DNA from: a virus
DNA: 47,425 bases
Direction: 5' to 3' (one strand)
IMG/VR virus record: IMGVR_UViG_3300007351_000018
The notes beneath the pieces were generated by a model. That model did no database searches, was not told the origin of the DNA, and saw nothing but the letters and a program-made list of their open reading frames with translations. Below, in pieces: positions 34,250-42,206 of this stretch (positions are counted from its first letter, which is position 1; every line of letters starts with the position of its first letter). Position numbers and translations under genes: made by a program.

Positions 34250-34563
34250 AACGCTCCAAACTGGAAATTATCGTGTGTTTCTGCGGTGGTACAATGGCAT
34301 TTTAGGTTGATATATCAACATTCGGTACTGGAAATTGGGAGGCCCCTTTTGTATAAAAAATGTATGATGGGGATATATCTTGTTTGATACCCCGGCCCTG
34401 GGGGCTCCCCCCCTATGGATAGGCAGGTCTGTGTATCGCTATATTGCTCTACATTACCAATAAGGTATCTATATGGTAATTTGATTATGGTAATATGTTT
34501 TGGTTATAAATATGCACTAAAACAAGGGGAATATTAGCCTATACCATAAACTATCCTTTTTGG
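34250..34563. other. Unusually long terS-terL spacer carrying repeats and a GC block; candidate pac/cos region
   Basis: ACTGGAAATT twice (34260, 34327); palindrome GTTGATATATCAAC (34306-34319); 24-nt tract 34390-34413 with only two non-G/C bases; TGGTAAT twice (34474, 34488) plus the inverted ATTACCA (34453). No ORF longer than 17 codons on the minus strand. Confidence 0.3.
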
Positions 34564-35016
34564 TTATGAGGTCAACTCCTGGACTCTCTGCTGTGCCTCT
34601 CTAAGCTGTGTCAGGACAATAGATAGATTATGACTCTGGTTGATCTCTGTGGGCTCTCCGGATGCTAAGGCTTGCTTGTCGTATATCTGTGCTAGTGATA
34701 AGGTTATATCGGTTAGCCTAGCCTTTTTGAGTGCTTCCGGGTCTTGTAGTAGCTGATCGGCCTTCATATTGGCTGCCCTTATGCCCTTCTCGACGAAGTC
34801 CCAGGCATTAGCAATAAACTCCTTTTTTCTTTTGGCTCGAATCTCTTCGAATAAATCCTTATCCTCTTCCACAATCTGCACCTTTATATCATGCACCGTT
34901 GTAAAGGGTAACTCTGTCTTTTCTGCTATTTGTGCCTCTGTTACATCAGGGTCTACCATCATAATAGCTTTAATCTGTTCTCTTTTCTGTTCTGGTGTCT
35001 TAACTCCTCTTGGCAT
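34564..35016 (-). CDS. terS: Terminase small subunit candidate
   Basis: 150 aa; N-terminal HTH-like segment (VTEAQIAEKTELPFTTVHDIK), helical middle region; lies upstream of terL. Confidence 0.5.
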   Translation of the reverse strand: MPRGVKTPEQKREQIKAIMMVDPDVTEAQIAEKTELPFTTVHDIKVQIVEEDKDLFEEIRAKRKKEFIANAWDFVEKGIRAANMKADQLLQDPEALKKARLTDITLSLAQIYDKQALASGEPTEINQSHNLSIVLTQLREAQQRVQELTS

Positions 35017-35029
35017 ATATATTCAATCC

Positions 35030-35260
35030 TTAATAAGTATTGTTTGTATCATCTGCATACCATGTACTACCTAACTCAATGCTATATGCTTCACCTGATA
35101 CTTGCGTAGGTATGGCTTCAAGCATATTATTTATCATGTTGTTAACTCCGTTTAATACTTCTAGCAGCTCTTTCCTGTGTACTGCATTAATATAATCGAT
35201 ATAAAATGTAAGACTTATTACGATCAGTACTAATACACCTATTATCCAATATGTAAACAT
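35030..35260 (-). CDS. Small membrane protein
   Basis: MFTYWIIGVLVLIVISLTFYI... Confidence 0.4.
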   Translation of the reverse strand: MFTYWIIGVLVLIVISLTFYIDYINAVHRKELLEVLNGVNNMINNMLEAIPTQVSGEAYSIELGSTWYADDTNNTY

Positions 35261-35261
35261 G

Positions 35262-35534
35262 TTATTCCCTTTCTTTCTGCTCTCTCTTTATAAATTGCTC
35301 TCTTAGCTCATTGTACTTGTTTTTAAACTCGTCTTCCGTACATATTCCTTTTTCTACTAGCACCTGCATTATTGTTTTGATTGCCAATGTGTTACCTATG
35401 GTCTGTATTGTATCGTTATCCATTATAGGTATATCCTCTCTATTGTTATTAGTATATATTCTTTCCCATCTCTCGTAGTGGTGTAACCTTAATGCTTTAT
35501 ATATTATTTTTATAATCTTAGTTATTTTCCCCAT
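35262..35534 (-). CDS. Hypothetical protein (90 aa), first gene of the late leftward operon
   Basis: ORF with only a 1-nt gap to the next gene. Confidence 0.4.
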   Translation of the reverse strand: MGKITKIIKIIYKALRLHHYERWERIYTNNNREDIPIMDNDTIQTIGNTLAIKTIMQVLVEKGICTEDEFKNKYNELREQFIKREQKERE

Positions 35535-35704
35535 ATTACCACGCCTTTTCTTGAAATACTTTGATATTTAAAGATATTAAGATATATTACTATCTATTGC
35601 ATAATATTACCTCCACATCATCCCACCTAACATTATTTGCTTGCTGTAATTTAACGACCATTGTCGTATAATAGTAATATAATCAGTTGAAAGGGGATGT
35701 AACA

Positions 35705-35875
35705 ATGGAAATAGTAAAAATCACTCCAAAGATGTATGCACAGCTATGCAAAGAAGATGGTAAAGACGTAACGGATCGTAGAATACAGGCAACTAATAAA
35801 GTCATCCACAGGATTGCTGAATTAAAAAGGGAATATCATAATCCAGATGGTAGCATAAAGGAGCAGTACAAATAA
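35705..35875 (+). CDS. Hypothetical protein (56 aa from the ATG at 35705)
   Basis: AAAGGGGA RBS 7 nt before the ATG; the ORF track begins at an upstream TTG (35687). Confidence 0.4.
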   Translation: MEIVKITPKMYAQLCKEDGKDVTDRRIQATNKVIHRIAELKREYHNPDGSIKEQYK

Positions 35876-35905
35876 TCTATCAAATATAAAAAGGAGGTGT
35901 AAACA

Positions 35906-36100
35906 ATGAATAAGTTTAATGTGGGAGATAAGGTTATTTTTACAAACAGCAACGGCGTATATTTTGGCGAAAGAACGATAACAGAGGTTGGCAAAGTAAC
36001 ATACAGTGAATCAGGGTACGGCTATAAAATAGCCCCAACAGATACACCATGGTTTTATATCAGTGAAGAATGTTTTAAAGCAATCTCAAAAGAGGTCTAG
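35906..36100 (+). CDS. Hypothetical protein (64 aa)
   Basis: AAGGAGG RBS. Confidence 0.45.
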   Translation: MNKFNVGDKVIFTNSNGVYFGERTITEVGKVTYSESGYGYKIAPTDTPWFYISEECFKAISKEV

Positions 36101-36144
36101 CTAATCGCCCCGCCGGTGGCATCGTAACCGGCAAGGAGGTTACC

Positions 36145-36690
36145 ATGATAATAGGCTATGCTAGAGTATCCACAGATGAACAATGTCTTGATCGCCAGAT
36201 TGACGCGCTCACCAAATACGGCATAGATACGCTATACACCGAAAAAATGACAGGTACTCGCGCCAATAGACCGGAACTCGACAAGATTAAATTGCAAGCC
36301 CGTAAAGGTGACACGGTTGTCATCGAAAGTCTTAGCCGTCTAGGTCGTAGCACAAAAGACTTACTAACACTAATCAGCACATTTGACGAAAAAGGCATAA
36401 AACTTGTATCGCTCAAGGAGAGTATCAGCACGGACACAGCCGCAGGAAAACTGATAACAAGTATATTGTCTGCCCTGTGTGAGTTCGAGCGTGATACCAT
36501 CGTTCAGCGTACAAAGGAGGGTATGGCCGCCGCCAAATCAAGGGGGAGAAACGGAGGGCGGCCACGGAAAAACAGTAAAAGCATCGAAAAGGCAACACAG
36601 CTATATAATGCTGGTAAATCTATATCTGAAATAAAATCATTTACAGGTGTTAGTGCTACTACACTTTACCGCTACTTAAAGGAGGGTTGA
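36145..36690 (+). CDS. Small serine recombinase (resolvase/invertase family)
   Basis: MIIGYARVSTDEQ (catalytic Ser), VIESLSRLGRSTKDLL, C-terminal HTH ...AGKSISEIKSFTGVSATTLYRYL. Confidence 0.85.
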   Translation: MIIGYARVSTDEQCLDRQIDALTKYGIDTLYTEKMTGTRANRPELDKIKLQARKGDTVVIESLSRLGRSTKDLLTLISTFDEKGIKLVSLKESISTDTAAGKLITSILSALCEFERDTIVQRTKEGMAAAKSRGRNGGRPRKNSKSIEKATQLYNAGKSISEIKSFTGVSATTLYRYLKEG

Positions 36691-36691
36691 T

Positions 36692-36838
36692 ATGCAGCAG
36701 CAAGTACGAAAAAACTTTCGGGTATTGAAAGACCTTGACGATCAAATCAAGGCACGATGTAAAGAACTAGGATTGACGGAAGCTGAATACTTTCGGATGT
36801 TAATCGTAAAGGATATGCACTATGATAAGGAGGCGTAA
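36692..36838 (+). CDS. Ribbon-helix-helix-like 48-aa protein
   Basis: MQQQVRKNFRVLKDLDDQIKARCKELGLTEAEYFRMLIVKDM...; ATG 1 nt after the recombinase stop; GGAGGG RBS. Confidence 0.4.
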   Translation: MQQQVRKNFRVLKDLDDQIKARCKELGLTEAEYFRMLIVKDMHYDKEA

Positions 36839-36851
36839 AGCCTCTTTTTTT
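36830..36851 (+). terminator. Terminator candidate ending the plus-strand island
   Basis: GAGGC-gtaaa-GCCTC followed by TTTTTTT. Confidence 0.45.
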
Positions 36852-36999
36852 ATGCTAGCTTTTTATTTATCAAGTAATGCACAAACTCATCTATACCGCA
36901 TAAATGGCAAGCCATATCCTTCTTTCTACATCCACCGCAAAACTGTATAAACAGATATTGCAATTCCTCTATACTGATTGTCTTATCCTTCTCCTTCAT
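36850..36999 (-). CDS. Hypothetical 49-aa Cys-rich protein
   Basis: MKEKDKTISIEELQYLFIQFCGGCRKKDMACHLCGIDEF...; below the ORF-track cutoff. Confidence 0.3.
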   Translation of the reverse strand: MKEKDKTISIEELQYLFIQFCGGCRKKDMACHLCGIDEFVHYLINKKLA

Positions 37000-37131
37000 A
37001 TTGTTTCTTCTTTCATCCTGGACAAAAAGAAACGCCTATTTGCAATAGACGCATCATTATCCTTTATTTGCCATTGATTAATTACATTACTCGCAATTAT
37101 ATTATATCATATATACAAGTCAAAAATCGTA

Positions 37132-37593
37132 TCATTTCGTATCATTTCGTATCATATTTTCCAGTGTTTGTTCCCTTATACGTTTGCATTGAATAATACT
37201 GTAATGTAAAATATCACTAACCTTTTTCCATCTGTATCGCCGGAAATAAAATAGCTTAATTACAAACTTCTCTCGTTCGCTTAAAAGCCGTAACATTTTC
37301 CTCGTAGTCCTGCATTGATCCTCCTTGTCCTCTATGATCCTAGTCAGATATTTGATATGTGTATCATACTTATTTTCAAGGCGTAATAATTCTTCCGCTG
37401 CTCTTGGTGTCGGATCACTCTTTTCTCCTGTTCCTGGTGTACTGCTTATTGTCATGCCTGGTAACATCTTAATATTTAGTAATGCTTCTTCCTTGCTTTT
37501 GTATGTTTCCCGCAATTCCTCCTTATCGTCTCGTAAACTTTGCATCAGGTCAGGATAGTCGTATAACATATTTTCAATTTCCTGCTTTGTCAT
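37132..37593 (-). CDS. ArpU/RinA-like late-gene transcriptional regulator (sigma-70 region-4-like HTH)
   Basis: ...LSEREKFVIKLFYFRRYRWKKVSDILHYSIIQCKRIREQTLENM...; last gene before the packaging module. Confidence 0.5.
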   Translation of the reverse strand: MTKQEIENMLYDYPDLMQSLRDDKEELRETYKSKEEALLNIKMLPGMTISSTPGTGEKSDPTPRAAEELLRLENKYDTHIKYLTRIIEDKEDQCRTTRKMLRLLSEREKFVIKLFYFRRYRWKKVSDILHYSIIQCKRIREQTLENMIRNDTK

Positions 37594-37999
37594 ATGTGAC
37601 CTCCCTTAAAATATCTAATTTTATCTGGTTAATGGTTGCCTCAAACGTCTTATCTTTAAAATCATTATTCGGCCAATGTTGAGATTCATTGTATATCTTC
37701 CATTGGATGGCTTTTATCAATCTGCCTTTGGGTTGTAATTCTCTCTGTATGCTTGCCTCTATGCTTTGCAGGAATTTTAATGCACCAGATTCCCCTGATA
37801 ATAATTGCTCTAGCTTGGAATACGAATTTTTCTGTTTAATGCCGTATATGTATAATATAGGGTATTGCTTGTGTGCAAGATTTGTAAGTATTCTATAGCT
37901 TTGTATTCGGATTTCATCCTGTATGGCCTGTTCCCATATTGCAATATTAAGATTTGCATATGCCTGATCCATGTCTCTTGGTGATATGACCGCCCTCAT
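37574..37999 (-). CDS. Hypothetical protein (141 aa)
   Basis: ORF in the early/middle operon. Confidence 0.4.
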   Translation of the reverse strand: MRAVISPRDMDQAYANLNIAIWEQAIQDEIRIQSYRILTNLAHKQYPILYIYGIKQKNSYSKLEQLLSGESGALKFLQSIEASIQRELQPKGRLIKAIQWKIYNESQHWPNNDFKDKTFEATINQIKLDILREVTYDKAGN

Positions 38000-38021
38000 A
38001 TGTACCTCCCCACGATAAGGT

Positions 38022-38246
38022 TTATAGTTGTGCCAACATTATAGTCAGCCGTGTTAATGCGTGTTCCAGTTCTACCTTCCTGTCAAGCCCTGTATCTGTT
38101 AAGTTATATATGTGCTGTAATGCGTGTTCAGCGTGGTCCGCAAATGGCCTGTCCATGAAATCGTTGCGGGGATATGTAGCCTCACCTTCGTTCATCACTT
38201 TTAGTACAGCATATTTTGCTATATCAGCTAATTCAGCGTAATTCAT
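38022..38246 (-). CDS. Hypothetical protein (74 aa)
   Basis: ORF; ATGA-type overlap with the upstream gene. Confidence 0.4.
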   Translation of the reverse strand: MNYAELADIAKYAVLKVMNEGEATYPRNDFMDRPFADHAEHALQHIYNLTDTGLDRKVELEHALTRLTIMLAQL

Positions 38247-38542
38247 TCTTCGACCTCCTCATATGTAGCTTCAAATATGTCAGGCTTGCAAGGATAATAT
38301 TCACCCTTTACACCTTTAATGATGTAATCGCCTTGCCGTGCAATCATCTGCCCTTCGGGCGTGTTGATGCGTAATCCTATTGTGTATGATGTTTGAGACT
38401 CTGGTAATACTTCAAGGGTTTTATCGTCAAGATAACATCCTTTTCCAAATACAGGTATAGGCACAAAGTCACACACCTCGTTCCATGTGTCCCAACCAAG
38501 CTTAACTGCCTCAATTACTACTGGCTTTTTACGATATTTCAT
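38243..38542 (-). CDS. Hypothetical conserved phage protein (99 aa from the ATG at 38542)
   Basis: GGAGG RBS 7 nt before the ATG; MKYRKKPVVIEAV...GDYIIKGVKGEYYPCKPDIFEATYE. Confidence 0.45.
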   Translation of the reverse strand: MKYRKKPVVIEAVKLGWDTWNEVCDFVPIPVFGKGCYLDDKTLEVLPESQTSYTIGLRINTPEGQMIARQGDYIIKGVKGEYYPCKPDIFEATYEEVEE

Positions 38543-38868
38543 TCCTCTACCTCCTTCATAATTAAGGTGTATACCTTTTCCCCTTTGATGGTAAGCCATG
38601 AATAATATATTGACGTGCCATGCTCTATTAGATTTGCATTATCTAAAACATGCATTATTAACTCATTGTATTTTGTTTGCTCTATATCTTGCCTTTCAGC
38701 AATCTTGCAGAATATATTGACAATATCCTCCTTTACATCGTTCCTCCCACATCCACAAAGACCACACAAACCAATAACCAGCCATTCATCGGGAGAATCC
38801 CACGAACATCGATCCCTTTCATCCATAAAAGACCGACAACCTTCCTTCCAGCCCTTTTTACTTTTCAT
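38539..38868 (-). CDS. Hypothetical Cys-rich protein
   Basis: ATG at 38868 after GGGAGG; ...VIGLCGLCGCGRND... Confidence 0.4.
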   Translation of the reverse strand: MKSKKGWKEGCRSFMDERDRCSWDSPDEWLVIGLCGLCGCGRNDVKEDIVNIFCKIAERQDIEQTKYNELIMHVLDNANLIEHGTSIYYSWLTIKGEKVYTLIMKEVEE

Positions 38869-39296
38869 TTCTCGACCTCCCATATCTCTACTTCAACCCT
38901 CGGCACTTCGCTATACCATTTCTCCACTTTTACCCTGACAATCTGTGAATCATCATTGTATGCCAGTTTATTGAGTGCATCCGCAACCGATTTCAGCACA
39001 TTATCGGCATCAGGTTTTTTTGTTGGCCTGATCTCACCCAGCATCATTTTTTTACGCCTGTAATTGCTTGCTGACTTCGGCACTTGAAAATATGCGTTGA
39101 CTGTCATAGATAATGGACCTTCAAGCGGTGATTGATATATACCATTCTTGTAATTGGATTGCATGAATGTGTCCATGATAAGCAATTCATAATCTTTTGT
39201 TTTCTTCGGTGTGTATGTTCCATGTCGGCATACTCTCGCCCTTGCTTTCCCAACCGGCTCACCTGGAATTGTTAATTTTATCATTTTAACCCTCAC
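38865..39296 (-). CDS. rusA: RusA-family Holliday junction resolvase
   Basis: ...LTIPGEPVGKARARV..., ...KKPDADNVLKSVADALNKLAYNDDSQIV... Confidence 0.8.
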   Translation of the reverse strand: MRVKMIKLTIPGEPVGKARARVCRHGTYTPKKTKDYELLIMDTFMQSNYKNGIYQSPLEGPLSMTVNAYFQVPKSASNYRRKKMMLGEIRPTKKPDADNVLKSVADALNKLAYNDDSQIVRVKVEKWYSEVPRVEVEIWEVEK

Positions 39297-39362
39297 TTTT
39301 CCCTTAAACGTAAATTTACCCTTGGTTTTACAAATAATTGATTTTAGGTGCCTTTTTGACCC

Positions 39363-39569
39363 TCACAGGGCTATGTCACGAATGTATGTTCGGTAGTCCA
39401 TTAACCCAACTGTCGTTACTCTCTCACCACGACCGTAATGAGAATACTTTTCCACTTCCTCTGGTGTGAGCTGCTTTTTAATGATATCTCCATTACATCT
39501 GCCAGGGTGTGGCATGATCCTCCACGGGTAAAATGCTATTTTAGAAATGTATGTACGCCTGACCTCCAT
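39363..39569 (-). CDS. Hypothetical protein (68 aa)
   Basis: ORF with a GGAGGGG RBS. Confidence 0.4.
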   Translation of the reverse strand: MEVRRTYISKIAFYPWRIMPHPGRCNGDIIKKQLTPEEVEKYSHYGRGERVTTVGLMDYRTYIRDIAL

Positions 39570-39583
39570 AACCGACCCCTCCT

Positions 39584-39751
39584 TTAAAATATCGCCTTAG
39601 CTAATACAATAATGACCGTAAGCATATACCATGTTCTAACTAGCCCGTATACCTCGCTTGTCACCCTTTTACGGATATACCAAAGGGCATTGATCCCCAT
39701 ATAGATTATCAGTGATACCGCTATAATCTGGAATATGTTATGTAATAGCAT
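39584..39751 (-). CDS. Hypothetical 55-aa membrane protein
   Basis: MLLHNIFQIIAVSLIIYMGINALWYI...MLTVIIVLAKAIF; below the ORF-track cutoff. Confidence 0.3.
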   Translation of the reverse strand: MLLHNIFQIIAVSLIIYMGINALWYIRKRVTSEVYGLVRTWYMLTVIIVLAKAIF

Positions 39752-40128
39752 TACCCCTCACCCCCTATCAGCTTGTCTATGGCTTCAATGTCTATAACCA
39801 ACTTATGTGCGGCATCTTTAAAGCCACCTGTTGTCTTGTATTCATTTATTGCATCTGGTAATAAGCATTTAGCCTGTTGTAATACTTCAGTATAGCGATC
39901 TACCTCAATTTCAAGTTCTATCCGCCGTTTGTCGCTCTCAAGTAATTGCCCATGCAATTCTTCTTCGCAAGCATTCCAGTTTCTTAACGATTCAATAACG
40001 TCAAGTGCCTCAAGGTGGCTGTCAATTATACTGTCAAATCTTTCGCCCATATCCTCTACAAATACCCAGCCGGTTTGTGTTAATTTTATACACTTTCTTT
40101 TCGCTTCAAGTTCATCCTTGCTATACAT
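39751..40128 (-). CDS. Hypothetical coiled-coil protein (125 aa)
   Basis: ORF downstream of the loader-like gene. Confidence 0.4.
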   Translation of the reverse strand: MYSKDELEAKRKCIKLTQTGWVFVEDMGERFDSIIDSHLEALDVIESLRNWNACEEELHGQLLESDKRRIELEIEVDRYTEVLQQAKCLLPDAINEYKTTGGFKDAAHKLVIDIEAIDKLIGGEG

Positions 40129-40131
40129 TCC

Positions 40132-40680
40132 TTATCCCTCCCCTGTGTATTCTGGTAAAGCCATTTTTTCTGCTAATGCCTCAATCATCTGCTTAGTAGA
40201 TTCCGGCAACATAGCCCTACTTTGTTCTCTTTGCTGCACAACTTTGTATGACCTCATAAAATTGCTCTGTATCACGCTGTTTACTGTTTCGATGTCCATC
40301 ATGGCCCATTCCCGTAATTGATTCGGACTGCCAATAACCTTTTGGATCACTGGAGGCAATACCTCAAAACACTCCACCGCCCGATAATTAGAATCCTGTA
40401 TCGCTTGAAACACTTTATTCCAGGCTTCCATTTCCGTCATGCTTGGTGGCGTTGTAATCTCATACATCTTTGTTTTTACGTCCGCTATTGTTGGGGGAAA
40501 TTTCAAAGTACAGATCAATGACTTAACCGCCTCAATAACGACATTCGGATTATCCCCCGCAAACATCATTGACCATAACTTTACTGCTTCCTCTGCCTCT
40601 TTCGGCTTAATGTCCTTATAAAATGCCGGGTATGCTGTTTTCATCAGCCCCAATGTCATTATTGTTTCTTGTTTATTCAT
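40132..40680 (-). CDS. Replicative-helicase loader-like protein (SPP1 G39P-like)
   Basis: ...TIMTLGLMKTAYPAFYKDIKPKEAEEAVKLWSMMF... resembles the G39P N-terminal signature (from memory); lies downstream of the replisome organiser. Confidence 0.4.
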   Translation of the reverse strand: MNKQETIMTLGLMKTAYPAFYKDIKPKEAEEAVKLWSMMFAGDNPNVVIEAVKSLICTLKFPPTIADVKTKMYEITTPPSMTEMEAWNKVFQAIQDSNYRAVECFEVLPPVIQKVIGSPNQLREWAMMDIETVNSVIQSNFMRSYKVVQQREQSRAMLPESTKQMIEALAEKMALPEYTGEG

Positions 40681-41438
40681 ACCTTGCCCCCTTCCAACAT
40701 ATTGAAAAACAGATTGCCGGATTCAGGTTTATCCTGTTTCACCTTATCCACTACCCATGACAATATCGCTCTGTAATCAGACTTGTATTTATAACCCTTA
40801 GCACCCTTAGCGTTATCCAGTATATCTATCATTTTTTTTGTATTGACCTCACCATACTTATCAATAAGTTTTTGATATTCATCTTCGGTCATGGTTACAA
40901 ATTCGGCATAGGGTATTTTGGGATTCGCCGTTTGTTCTTCTTCTTGTTCTTCTTCTTGTTCTTCTTCTTGTTCTTCTTCTTGTTCTTCTTCTTGTTCTGG
41001 TTCTTCTTCTGGTTCTTCTTTTTCCCCCAAGTCTATGGATAGTCTATCTATACTGTATCCATACTTGTCGCACAATTTATAAAACAAGTCTACAAACGCC
41101 TTATTCTTCACGCTTTGCAGTTCTTTAAGTATGCAACTTTTTACCTTTGGGCTTTTGAGTGAATTATGTTTTAACCAATTAAGCAATATTACCTCATTGG
41201 TCTTGTCATCATAGAGTATTTTTTTATATTTAATAAAGCTTGTTAACAGTTGGGATAGTCTATCTATACTGTATCCTGTTTCTATCATGGCAAGTTTTTT
41301 ATTAAATTCATATATGCCACATTGTGAGGTTTTGCTATTGGTCATAAGATAGAGATAAAAATACCTTTCCTCTGGCTTTAGATCAATCACAAAACCGTCT
41401 TGCCAAAAACTGATATGTACTAATCTGTATATCGCCAT
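40677..41438 (-). CDS. Phage replisome organiser (DnaD-like) with an internal poly-Glu repeat
   Basis: MAIYRLVHISFWQDGFVIDLKPEERYFYLYLMTNSKTSQCGIYE is the typical replisome-organiser N-terminus. The ATG at 41438 after GAGGTAGGG is preferred over 41486. Confidence 0.6.
   Translation of the reverse strand: MAIYRLVHISFWQDGFVIDLKPEERYFYLYLMTNSKTSQCGIYEFNKKLAMIETGYSIDRLSQLLTSFIKYKKILYDDKTNEVILLNWLKHNSLKSPKVKSCILKELQSVKNKAFVDLFYKLCDKYGYSIDRLSIDLGEKEEPEEEPEQEEEQEEEQEEEQEEEQEEEQTANPKIPYAEFVTMTEDEYQKLIDKYGEVNTKKMIDILDNAKGAKGYKYKSDYRAILSWVVDKVKQDKPESGNLFFNMLEGGKV
40930..41030. repeat. 12-nt tandem repeat (ttgttcttcttc and variants) encoding (EEEQ)n / EEPE
   Basis: About 5 exact copies plus 2 variants, read directly from the sequence. 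Confidence 0.85.
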
Positions 41439-41591
41439 ATACCCTACCTCACAAAGTTTATTTCTTCTCCGTCCTATCCTCCACATACGCCATACACTTC
41501 GCCACCCCTGTAAATTTCTCGTCCTCTAGGCGATTGCATCCGAGTCACTTGTGGCATATCGACAGTTTTATGCGTGCATTGTTGATGGGGA

Positions 41592-41909
41592 TCATAGGAT
41601 GTACCACTGACCATTAAGGATTTCATTGGCTGTTATGTAAGCACCCATATTATCAGTCAATCCTTTATTTTGGGGCGTGTAAGTTCTCGTATATCCCGTT
41701 ACTGCGCATTTTATTGTCTTATCTTCCTCATACGCCTTTAAAGCCTCTAAGAACGATACAGGGGTTTCAACTTGTGGGTGTAGTTCGTCATACATTTGCA
41801 AGATAAATTTGTGCATTTCCTGTGAACAAGCATTAGTGTGCTTGTCAAGCCAATTCTTAACGTCCCATCTCGTAAATTCATTCAGCCCCATTTCCTTTTC
41901 TCCCTTCAT
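41592..41909 (-). CDS. Hypothetical protein
   Basis: An ATG at 41909 or 41891 avoids the long overlap implied by the 41592..42032 track ORF. Confidence 0.4.
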   Translation of the reverse strand: MKGEKEMGLNEFTRWDVKNWLDKHTNACSQEMHKFILQMYDELHPQVETPVSFLEALKAYEEDKTIKCAVTGYTRTYTPQNKGLTDNMGAYITANEILNGQWYIL

Positions 41910-41913
41910 ATTT

Positions 41914-42114
41914 TCAATTATTGGATGATAAAATCCCATAGTATTCCTCCCATCTGTACTCCCGTATCGGCATAGGCTGATGATTGTCAAAATATAGTAC
42001 CAATGCCGGACTAATGCTGTTCCATCTGTCAACTATGTCATGGCCTATCAGGTGTCCATCGGTGATGAGTTGTTTTATGCGGGCGTGGTAGTTGTAGTAA
42101 CTCATAGCCTCCAC
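41914..42114 (-). CDS. Hypothetical protein (63-66 aa)
   Basis: ORF; the ATG at 42105 forms an ATGA overlap with a possible upstream mini-ORF. Confidence 0.4.
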   Translation of the reverse strand: MEAMSYYNYHARIKQLITDGHLIGHDIVDRWNSISPALVLYFDNHQPMPIREYRWEEYYGILSSNN

Positions 42115-42203
42115 CGCTTACCACAGGCATACAGGTATATCAGTACAACTATGCCAATTAGACAGCCTATTAGTATGTACCATTCAAGTGGTGATAGTTT
42201 CAT
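42102..42203 (-). CDS. Possible 33-aa membrane peptide
   Basis: MKLSPLEWYILIGCLIGIVVLIYLYACGKRWRL. Confidence 0.2.
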   Translation of the reverse strand: MKLSPLEWYILIGCLIGIVVLIYLYACGKRWRL

Positions 42204-42206
42204 CGT

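Noticed and set aside
35548-35580. Hin/Gin-type crossover (hix-like) site: TTCTTGAAA matches the first 9 nt of hixL as I recall it
   Set aside because: The 26-bp window is not dyad-symmetric, and no convincing partner site in inverted orientation was found. The only other copy of the 9-mer (10689-10697, inverted) lies inside a coding region and is at chance expectation. A 9-bp inverted match (tctattgca at about 35598 versus tgcaataga at about 37041) flanking the island is also near chance.
36978-37196. Plus-strand 72-aa ORF
   Set aside because: It spans an AT-rich intergenic region plus the antisense of the ArpU-like gene end, with no RBS. A minus-strand 49-aa ORF and regulatory motifs explain the region better.
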